Shown: one piece after another, positions 11,901 to 21,209 of the stretch
Position numbering within the stretch: position 1 is the stretch's first letter
Layout of the letters: every line of letters starts with the position of its first letter
Source of the DNA: Tubiluchus corallicola
Taxonomy: Eukaryota > Animalia > Priapulida
Assembly: GCA_030141605.1 (NCBI GenBank)
Contig: JAQGDQ010001817.1
Coordinates: forward strand, 1-24,387
Reading direction: 5' to 3'
DNA: 24,387 bases
Program-made: the position numbers and the translations under genes
Notes under the pieces: model-generated
Databases searched by the model: none
What the model saw: the letters and a program-made list of their open reading frames with translations, nothing else
Told to the model about the DNA's origin: nothing

Positions 11901-11941
11901 GGAGATACAATATTGTAGTAATTCTGTAGTCCAGTACTTAC

Positions 11942-12046
11942 CTGAAATGGACAAGGTTCAATTGAAAAACTCACTTCGTTGTTTGGTGCTGCATAATCTT
12001 TATCTCTTGCTTCTACCTTATAAAGTGTCTTTCCAACAGCCGTGTA
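11942..12046 (-). CDS. Cadherin-like gene, exon c (YTAVGKTLYKVEARDKDYAAPNNEVSFSIEPCPFQ)
   Basis: Acceptor ttattttttag|TAC, donor CAG|gtaagt, 105 bp, phase 0-0. Has the canonical cadherin VG.....V.A.DxD motif. Confidence 0.94.
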
Positions 12047-14121
12047 CTAAAAAATAACTAAATATATTTGCAAAAAATAAAAAATACGATAATTTCTAAA
12101 TATTATGCTCAGTAACATTCCTGTTAAATTCCAAAAAAATTAATAACAATTACAAAATTTTTCCACATTAAAACATAAGAAAATCCCTCACTTTCGTAAA
12201 GTTTAAGCCTTCGTTTCGAAGTTTCATACAATTTACATGATTATTGCACACAGAGGTTGCGTTAGCAACAATGATGTATCAACTTTAGCAACTTTAAAGC
12301 ACAAGAAAACCCTCCACTTTCATACAGCTTAAAAAATTCGTCTTGAAATTTTATATCACTCACATATACTGCCTTTTGTTGTGAATCAAATTTAAAATAT
12401 AGAATTAATTGGAAATTAATTGTAATCATTGAATGATTAGATTTCGGAGATAAAACTACTCCTCCCTGGGTTTGATATTGAGAACCATTCAATCTGATCA
12501 TAAGTGACTCACCCAGCTTGTAGCTTGAATTTAATGAGTTCAAGAGTTCGAATCTAATGAGTTCATATGACGTAGGCTAGTGAACAAGGAAGAGAAAGAT
12601 TAAAAGAAGAACCGGCTTGTTAATGAGTTACATGCCAATTAGCGGACATTTGTTGGCCATTTGTTGATGAACAAGTCAGGATGTTATTTTGTTAAGGTTC
12701 AGTACCAGTCCTTACTGATTGTTAAACTAGCCTATAGAGCATTATTCACTGTCTAAGGAGATAGGGTTGCGACTTTTGGTATACTAAATTATCTGAGGAA
12801 GTCACAGAAGTCAGCCATGAAAGGTCAAGTGGTGCAATACTGTGTGACCTCTGCACAATGCGTGGCTTAATGACTTTCGCTTTATAAGCTAAGTGAAAGT
12901 TGAGAGTTCGCGCACACACATAGACACGAGCACAGGATCAGAGTGGTGAGTTGCCGTTGTTGTTTTTTACGAGACGATCTGGAACCAGACACATTCTTTA
13001 GCTCAGCGTGGTGATACTACTGCATCATTTGCTACGACAAATCAGTGATGCTAAGAAGTCTCGAGAAGGAATCAGGATCTGGCCAATAACTATTGTTAAG
13101 TTGGCCAGTCCTCAAGTCAAGTAGAATTACTTTATTTTACTGCAACTATAACTGTAATTGTAACAGTTGTGAATCGTAATCACTGTGTAACTTAAGCAAC
13201 GTAACTTAATGCGACATTACAACTTGAGCAATAGTGTTCGTTGAGTAGTATCACTCTGGAATCGAACTTAATTGTAAGTGCCCATCAGTGCATAACGACA
13301 AATCTTGTACTAATGTTATGAATAAAATTTAGAATATGAATTTCAGTAGATATTAATTGGGATTATCGGATAAATTAGATTATGATGAGAAAATTACTCC
13401 TCCCTGAGTTGATAAGGGAATTCATATAATTTGATTATAGGGGACTCACCCAGCTTGTAGCTTGAATTTAGTGAGTTCAAGAGTTTGAATTCGACAAGCA
13501 GAGATGTCGCAGAGTAGTGAAACAGGCAGGTGCAAAATTCAAAGAGATGCCACTTGTTATCAGTGTGCATACCAATTAGCGAACAAGAGAATAGGGTCAG
13601 TACTGACCATTTGTCGAGTTGTGAGTAAAGAAATCATTTTGTGCAAACACAGTAGCAGCAATTATCGATCATAAAGTAGCTAGCAAAACATTAGCCACTG
13701 TCCAGGAGGTAAGATTGCGACTTCTGGGGTGTTAAATCATCAGGGATGGTGCAATCCTCGGTGGTCAATGCGCGAGAGAGGAGGACAGTTGTTACCATGT
13801 TGTTGTGTCCGAGACATTCTGCAAGACGTCAGATTGTCTTTAACCCAGCGTGGTGATTCTACTGGGTACTTTGCGAAGTCAAATCAATGGTGCTGCGAGG
13901 TCTCATAGAGGAACAATGACCTGGCCAATAGCAATTGTAAATTGGCCAGTCCGCGAGTTAAGTGAATTTATTTTACTTATTGTAACTTGTACCTTATAAC
14001 CGTTTGTATCAGTAACTTAGTATTGGATGTGTAACTTAAGCACCTTCAGTGCAGCATTGCAACTTAAGTAACAGTCTTTGTGAATAGTATCTCTTTGGAA
14101 TTCAAGATTATTCGTAAGCGC

Positions 14122-14780
14122 TTAACGAGAAGGATGGCACCTCAAGTGTTAGGCACTGGCAGGAGGCAGTGGGTCCACAAGGATCCTAGGTATGGATCCT
14201 GCTAATGAAGGGCGAATTAACGTCCTACTGTGGTACCTCCTAGTCGGCGTGTGTGTCGTACTGTTTCTCAGCTGCAACGGGCTGCTACTGCCAGCCAGCC
14301 TGTCTGCAATTGTGAAATAAGTGGTACATGCGTGGCACGAGGATGCCAGTCCTCACCTAGCTAGGGGAAGTGTGAATTTGCCGCGTTTATAGCACTTCAC
14401 TGGTGAAGAGGCTAGGCTGGTGAAAACGGTCAAAGTTCATAGTGGGATAGCAAGGTTTCCTATGGATCAGACTGTCGGTTGCATCTCGGCGTGAGCCCTT
14501 TGGTCCCTATAAGGGATGGGGATGGTTTACTATGCTAGTAGACTGCAGGCAAGTCATCTTCGTCATCGCTATCGACTAGGTCACCGGCTAGTAGTCTCAC
14601 TAATGGGGCGAATGTGAGATTGCTCAATGTACAGTCAGGCCTTAGCAAGCCGAATTGTGAACAGGCGAGCTAAGTCCCTGTGCTCGACTGAAGCAGAGAA
14701 CACAGTGGCACGTGGCGATGCACTGTGTGGAAAGGGGTTCAGCCTGGGTGCACGCTATACAGGAGAGCCCAAAGAACCAA
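14122..14780 (+). mobile_element. 659-bp GC-rich structured insertion, probably a non-autonomous element derived from an RTE/BovB-type LINE 5' UTR
   Basis: Flanked by direct repeat AAGCGC (14116-14121, 14781-14786). Absent from the paralogous position near 13275-13310. Several hairpins. The RTE link is recalled similarity (GGCACCTCA.GTGTTAGGCACTGGCAGG; GTGAAC.GGCGAGCTAAG.CC), not a search result. Confidence 0.65.
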
Positions 14781-15379
14781 AAGCGCACCGGCGCATAGGA
14801 ACAAATCCTGTATCGTTGTGGAAGTTTAATGTAACGTGTCAATTGTAATTGCAATAAACTATTCACTGAGTTAACTTAACTACTGAGTTTTGTTGATGTT
14901 TAATGCGTTACTTGTGGCTCATAATCGTAACACTAGATCCTTGATTCGAACCTGAACGATTCGCATTGTACAGCTCATTGCGGGAGCTCGCTTGTAAACT
15001 CGAGGGATACATATCTGACTCACAACGCAAATTCGAGGTTACAGTTGTGTAGGACCAGATCATTGCCTTATCGATTGAACCGGAGTTGGGCAATTGATAG
15101 AACGGCTTAATCAATTGTCTGGAAGCAATCGGTGTGTGAATCATCATTAATTCGATTAATTGTTTAATTAATCACGATCGCTCATTAGGAAACTAGAGGG
15201 CGATACTATTTTGGAATTCTAATATGTAGTGTAAAATCCAACTGCAATAAACTATTCATAAATTTAGCGTAACTATTGAGTTGTTTAATGTTTAACGAGT
15301 TACCTGAGGCTCATAATCGTTAAGACACTAAATGCCTGATCGAACTTGAAAGATTCGCATTGTACAGCTCATTGCGTGA

Positions 15380-15854
15380 AGTAAAGAGAAGATGATAATT
15401 GTATGATTAGTATTAGTAGTTCAGTAATGAAACGACTCTATAAAGGGGATATGAGAGATATGTAGAAATGAAGCCATGATTTTAGGTGCGGCTGTCATGT
15501 GACTGAGAGTTCCAAATATGGACACTGCCCGTCTGAATTGTCAGACTAGCAACAATTATAACGCATGCGCTGTGAGTCCAAAAAGCTGAAGGAAGCCAAG
15601 TGGAATGAGACGGTTAGATCACGGGGGATCTCGAGGAAGCAGGAACAGGTCTTGGGCGGTTTGGCAGAGCTATGATATGTATTTTACCATGTAATATATT
15701 ATCGTGAAATAAATGTGTTAGTCGCTCATCAATCCAGATCTTATAGCTTTGTCACCACCTCACGTCAATAAACGGCTGCGGCCTCCTCAATAATCCACCA
15801 ACAAGTACTACCACTATACGACACAGCTCATAAACATAACTTGTAAATTTTACT
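15380..15854 (+). mobile_element. 475-bp solo-LTR-like element, AGTAAA...TTTACT termini, 5-bp TSD CGTGA
   Basis: TSD at 15375-15379 and 15855-15859. AATAAA at 15708. The uninterrupted paralogous site is at about 14975-15005. Related to 16333-16772. Confidence 0.82.
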
Positions 15855-16332
15855 CGTGAACTTGCTTGAAAACTCGAGGGACAAAGATCTATACTCACAA
15901 CGCAATATTTCGTGGTTACAGTTGTGTGGGACCATATCATAGCCCTATCAACTGAACCTAAGCCCTTGGAGTCGGGCAATTGAACGAGTGCCAAAATCAA
16001 TTGTCAAGAAGCAATCTTTAGTGTGAATCATATTTCGATTAATTCCAAAATTAATCAAGGTGGTTGTATCAAAAATAGAGAGCCACACTTTGTATGTGTC
16101 TTCAATCTGCAGTAAGGCTGTATATAAAACATGTAAATTTAAACTCCCGCAATGACCGTTAGATGCAGCCAATTTCATGACTGGTCATTTGAAACAAGTT
16201 TAGATAACATTGTGTAAACTTTGAAAAAAATCAGAGCATTCGTAGCGCACACGTCACTGACTAAGAAAAATTTAAAATTGCTGTATCTTGTCAATAAGAT
16301 TAAAAATACGTTTTTGGCTAGTGAATGGTGCA

Positions 16333-16772
16333 AGTAAAGAGAATCTGTGAAATATGTTAAATGTCTGATAATTAATGGCCTGATAATTAAAATATGTTAA
16401 ATGTCTGGGAAGAACACCCAGGAAGCCAGATTTCCCAATAAGGGATTAAGGTGCGGCGGTCACGTGACTGCTCAACCATCAGACTCCCAAATAAGGAAGT
16501 GCCCATTCTGGACAGACTGCGCGCGCAGCCTGGCACGGGTGCTGAAGCCACCCGCTGGAAGATTAAGATCAGATTAGAATCTCAGCAGAGGATGTTTAGA
16601 GAGAGATCAAGGGCTTGGCATTGCTATACCTTTCTTATATATTGTGATGTTGTTTAATAAAAGTGTTATCTATTATTAATCCGGATCTTATAGCTTTGTC
16701 ATTACCCAAACGCCTATAATAATCGATCACATACGTACTACCACTATTCAAACCAAGTATATTAATTTTACT
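16333..16772 (+). mobile_element. 440-bp solo-LTR-like element, AGTAAA...TTTACT termini, 5-bp TSD GTGCA
   Basis: TSD at 16328-16332 and 16773-16777. AATAAA at 16656. The empty site is visible in the other MITE copy at about 7845-7870 on the reverse strand. Confidence 0.85.
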
Positions 16773-17714
16773 GTGCACCCTGGAGGGTGAGTCAGCGACA
16801 TTTTACCAATTGTTGAAAACATTTTAAATAATTCATAATTTTCTTTTGTAGTTACACAAGTCTTTCTAGTAGGCAAGCGAAAATATAAGTAACATAGACT
16901 TGCATGCATAGTAACGCTGTATAAAGTTTATAAATTTTAACTCCCGCGATGAATGTTAGGTGCGGCCATTTTAGTAATAGGTCATTTGAAACAAGTTTAG
17001 ATAACAATGCGTAAAAACGTAGCTTAAGAAATGAACTAACCATAGAAGATACTAAAGATATCAAACATTATTATTCATTTTGAAATGTATCAATAATTTA
17101 AGTATTCTATTCAAAAGTAAGAAATCGGCACTACTCAAAAATCGCGAATTAAACTCCAGAACATTTAATTTGAAGCAAACTAAAACAAAAAATTACTTTG
17201 TTTTAAAAGCAAAAAACGCCCTCCAGCTTTGGAATTCACTTGCCAATATGACGACTTATACATTCATGCAGAATTCATTTACCTCAGGCCGTACTTAATT
17301 TTGCTGATAGTCAGTTTGTAAATATGTGAAATTCAAGTTTAAAGTTATTATTTCTTGCACCTGTAGTTAATAGTTTTTGCACTGACGCATTTGTTTCTAA
17401 CAGCGTATGATTTTTATTAGTTTAAATTATGAAATTGTTGACCGTTGTGCGCTTTTATAAGTTTTGAAAAACTTCTGTCCCCCGATGAGACTGATGCGCA
17501 ACCACCCACCCCTCCCCCTTGACGTGGGGCGCAATTTGTACAAATCTGATAATAGGTTAAAACCGTCTCTGCTTGTGTTTCATATGAGAGTGCGCAATAC
17601 TGGCGCAACAAATTAAAAAAAATCTAGCACGTCCTATTCGAGATGAATAACAACACAAATTTTTCATGCATCTTGCGTATCCAATTCGATAAAAGTAGTT
17701 TGAACGTTGTTTAC

Positions 17715-17813
17715 CTCACTCACGTATAATATTGCATGATACGGCGCACCAACGAAGTACGGAGCATTATTGTTGATGTCAATCAAATCAATGAGAACAT
17801 CGAGATAAGTTTT
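17715..17813 (-). CDS. Cadherin-like gene, exon b (KTYLDVLIDLIDINNNAPYFVGAPYHAILYVSE)
   Basis: Acceptor tttatttacag|AAA, donor GAG|gtaaac, 99 bp, phase 0-0. DINNNAPYF is close to the canonical DxNDNxPxF Ca2+-binding linker, followed by V.E. Confidence 0.94.
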
Positions 17814-19606
17814 CTGTAAATAAACCATCGTTAAACATTATGGTGGCAGGCTAACTAGTCATTTGTTCAGTTAGTCAGTCAGCTAGTTAGTCAGCTAACT
17901 TGTCACTCTGTTCATCTGTATCCCAAATAAGCCTTTTCACAGTTTCAGCGATTTGATGATCATCGTGAAATGGTCAAAGGTTATGTGCGTCAACGGTCGT
18001 TAGATCAAAGTACATATTAAAATAAACAGGTTAAAGTTCTTCGTAAAATTAATAAAAAACAAAAATTAAGCAAAATCGGGCAAAAGCACTAAATTTGACA
18101 AATTATAAAATACTTTATTTACTTTATAAAATACTCTAATTATAAAAATTAGACATAAAGCAAAGATCAGTTTGTAAAATTTTCAGTCTACAAATCTGTG
18201 TTTAAGTGTTAAAAGGTTGTGACACATGAAAGTACAGAAAAAGATCATTTTGAAACGTAATCGCATGTATAGTTACAAGTATGAATATGAAGTACAACAG
18301 ATGGTTTTACATTTCATACAATGGACAACATCTGATAGCTTGGAACTTCACCAGGAATATCTCACTGGGATGAACCAAGACTCTTTTATCAGATTTGCTT
18401 TCCAGGCTGCTGATCGTATTAAGATCATCGTTTTGATTCGTGGAATAAGCCTTTTCACAGTTCCAGCGACTGATGTATCAAAAGGTCAAAGGTATCAAAA
18501 GGTATAAAAATGTATCGAAGGTATCAAAAAGTCAAAGGTCAAAGATCAAAGTACCAGACAGCGCATTTGTGTACACACGACAAAGCCTAGTAGCCCATGC
18601 TGTGTAAAAGTAATAGCTATACAGCTACATAGAACCTTATCTAGTTCATTTCTCTTTTTCTCAAACAAGACCTCGCTGGTAAATCACTCTACGCACAGAC
18701 TAATCCATAATTAAGCAAAGTCCACGTAAAACAACTGAAGTTACTGAACTAATGCGGCATACGCCTTTGCTTTACCCACATATCACGTGACGTAGTTAAG
18801 ACGTGTTGCTGTGATACACTTAATCTTTGATGTCAAGGATTTTTGTTTGTCAAATTTAGTATAGCTATAAGTTACAAGTGGCGACACCTGGCCTCAATAG
18901 TCGCTTCCTACAGAGTTTCCGGTCATTTAGGTTTCAAGGTGTACATGTGGTGACGTGGCTGTGTGAACTCATGATTAATGCCAACGATGTACGTAAATTT
19001 TATTTAGTCGTTTATTTTATTTACTGTAAGCTTCTCATTAATTTAATCATATTCGATGTTTTGGTAGAAATGAATCAGTTTATTAAAGAAATTTATATAT
19101 TATTTCAGATAAAATGTAATATTTTGGGATGAAGCAAATGACTACAGGGCATGTGCCATGAAAATGGTACAAACAATAAACAGTTACACTGAGCAAATGA
19201 TGACTTTGTTTGCTTGTCTCCGTAAAGCCCAATCGTTTGACCTACAGCAACTGCGCAAACACACAACAAAACTGTGAAATGGCTTCTCTGTTTAATTCAA
19301 CGGCACCCATTTCGTCTTCACTTGCTGGATCTTCTAAAATTTTATCTTCATCAGCTTCAAGCTTAATCACATGTACAGCTAAAGTTCTCGCCATATGAAA
19401 TTTTCTTAACAGATTGTTAGAAAAATCTCTTTGCAGAACTGTAGGCTGAATTGCAGGCTCGCAGCACTTTTCAGTTTTAAAACTAAACACATGGTGCTGC
19501 GAGAAAGAAAAATACTACAAAGTAAATTCCAAAATTTTGCCCACATAAAACACCAAGGGGGTAATATGTTACCCCGCATCAAAAAAACCTAGGTATGCAT
19601 GCATAA

Positions 19607-19610
<4 letters not shown>

Positions 19611-19678
<68 letters not shown>
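19611..19678. repeat. (GA)n microsatellite
   Basis: Directly visible, one interruption. Confidence 0.98.
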
Positions 19679-19680
<2 letters not shown>

Positions 19681-19698
19681 AAAAATCACATCGCTTAC

Positions 19699-19848
19699 TT
19701 TAACACGTGTAAATAAGCAGTTTATTAATATTTTAGTTTTTTCTAGTGTTGTATAGTATGCCTCCTCAGTTTGTCGATCGATTAATTTGGTCCAAAACCA
19801 GTCGTCCCAGTCTTTATATTCTGGTATACATCTTGTTCGTTTGTATAC
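19699..19848 (-). CDS. Cadherin-like gene, exon a (VYKRTRCIPEYKDWDDWFWTKLIDRQTEEAYYTTLEKTKILINCLFTRVK)
   Basis: Strong acceptor ttttccttttatatag|GTA, donor AAA|gtaagc, 150 bp. Only the phase-0 frame is open and it joins exon b. IDR...I.I.C resembles the LDRD...V.V.C pattern of PCDH15-type EC1. Confidence 0.72.
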
Positions 19849-20287
19849 CTATATAAAAGGAAAACCAAAGTACACGTTCAATTCACTCTATCTGCGTAAC
19901 TGTACTTGTGTAGTGCACAACAGAACCTGTGTCATAGTTTGAGTTGAGCCAGGTTCCTAATATTTTAGAAGCCAACAATAATTTGTTAATTATTATCTAG
20001 ATAATCTTACTTATTTATTATCTAAATATGTTTAACATAATTTTATCTAACATACATGATTAGCTGTAGAATAAAGCATTGGACGTGGCAGTTTTCGTAT
20101 TTCTTTAGACTAATTCATCATGGAATAAAAGAAAGTCTATTTGTGAACAAATGGTGGCAAAGAAGCATGTGCGCATGCGCGTCTTCAAATGTCTCTGTCG
20201 GTGTTCCTCTCTTCACGTCTTCCAAATGTGCTGCCTTTTCTAGTGCTTAAAAGAAAGGCCAAGAATTCCGGAAAGTTAGGCTTAGAT

Positions 20288-20671
20288 CAGTGGTTCCCAA
20301 ACTTTCTCGGACCGTTACCCAAATCGGGAAACCCGGTCATGTCCATTAACCCCCCCCCCCACCTAGTAATACTTCTCCAACTCAAAAAGTAAACACACGT
20401 ATATGCCACAAGCAAGCAAAATTATTTATGTTTGCTCGTGACATAAATAAATTTCCAGGTGTTGTTGTTGTATTGTTGCCAAAACAAGAATTACAATTAC
20501 TGAATTACTGAGTGAGCAGGTTCGTTCGAGTAATTATTACTCGAACAAACGAAAACAAGAAGAAATGAATGACAACAAAAATTTTCAGAGGGGTGCCCGT
20601 TACCCACCCCCCACCCCCCCAAAAAAACATATTACCCGGGGGGTAATTTAGCCCTACTTTGGGAACCACTG
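20288..20671. mobile_element. 384-bp hAT (Charlie-like) MITE
   Basis: 14-bp perfect TIR CAGTGGTTCCCAAA / TTTGGGAACCACTG. Perfect 8-bp TSD GCTTAGAT at 20280-20287 and 20672-20679. Confidence 0.95.
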
Positions 20672-20680
20672 GCTTAGATC

Positions 20681-20926
20681 AATGTTCACGAAAAATGTTA
20701 GGAGGATTTAGTAATAAAACTGTAATAAGGGCCTCGTATAACTAGTAAAATCACTCTAAAGTTACGATCACTTCAAGCATTTTGCGCTCCCATTTGCAAT
20801 GCCCATTCTTCTTCCAATGACGTCATTCTTTTTGAAGAAAAGTAGCGCACTGTCAATTATCCACCAGAAGTATAATTGTTTTACAAAAAATTAGGTAGCT
20901 ATTTTGTAATATCTTTCGTGAACATT
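20681..20926. mobile_element. Small TIR-bounded element (MITE-like)
   Basis: 13-bp perfect inverted repeat AATGTTCACGAAA / TTTCGTGAACATT, extending imperfectly inward. TSD not resolved. Confidence 0.5.
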
Positions 20927-20962
20927 AGGTAAGCTGCAGAAGTTTGAATTAGTTTAAACAGC

Positions 20963-21076
20963 GCGCTTACGGAAAGCTACGATGCGCTTACGGAAAGCTA
21001 CAATGCGCTTACGGAAAGCTACGATGTGCTTACGGAAAGCTACGATGGGCTTACGGAAAGCCACGATGCGCTTACG
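20963..21076. repeat. 21-bp minisatellite (GCGCTTACGGAAAGCTACGAT), about 5.5 copies
   Basis: Directly visible. Explains ORF 20954..21136. Confidence 0.95.
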
Positions 21077-21209
21077 ATAGTTGCCAGTTACGTCATAATT
21101 TTGAAGAAAATGGGGGCCACCACCACGTTTGAACATTTCTATTCAGTGGTAATGTAGTTTAGGTTTACACTTTCTAGATTGGTTTGTGTACATTTTGCTA
21201 AGTTTAAGT

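Larger units (their letters stand above)
12377..16087 (+). mobile_element. 3.7-kb non-coding LTR-like insertion (TGT...ACA, 4-bp TSD CTTT) with two internal tandem duplications
   Basis: CTTT at 12373-12376 and 16088-16091. Termini TGTTGTG / GCCACA. About 12430-13310 repeats at 13370-14820, and about 14840-15150 repeats at 15240-16040. No gag/pol-like ORF. Confidence 0.7.
12298..16896. mobile_element. Second, inverted copy of the TTAA MITE, split by nested insertions (pieces about 12298-12376, 16088-16332 and 16773-16896)
   Basis: TTAA|AGCACAAGAAAACCCTCCAC is the reverse complement of 8138-8161. The later pieces match the reverse complement of about 7737-8065. The far end is missing. Confidence 0.8.

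Noticed and set aside
14398-14432. Hammerhead-like GTGAAGA...GAAA
   Set aside because: The core is not CUGANGA, and stems I-III cannot be formed convincingly.
18311-18410. Possible minus-strand exon (SLESKSDKRVLVHPSEIFLVKF...)
   Set aside because: Its phases do not fit the phase-0 junction between exons a and b, and it has no cadherin motif.
19242-19490. 82-aa minus-strand ORF containing ELNRE (LDRE-like)
   Set aside because: No phase-compatible splice donor to exon b, and exon a already joins cleanly. It remains unexplained but is unsupported.
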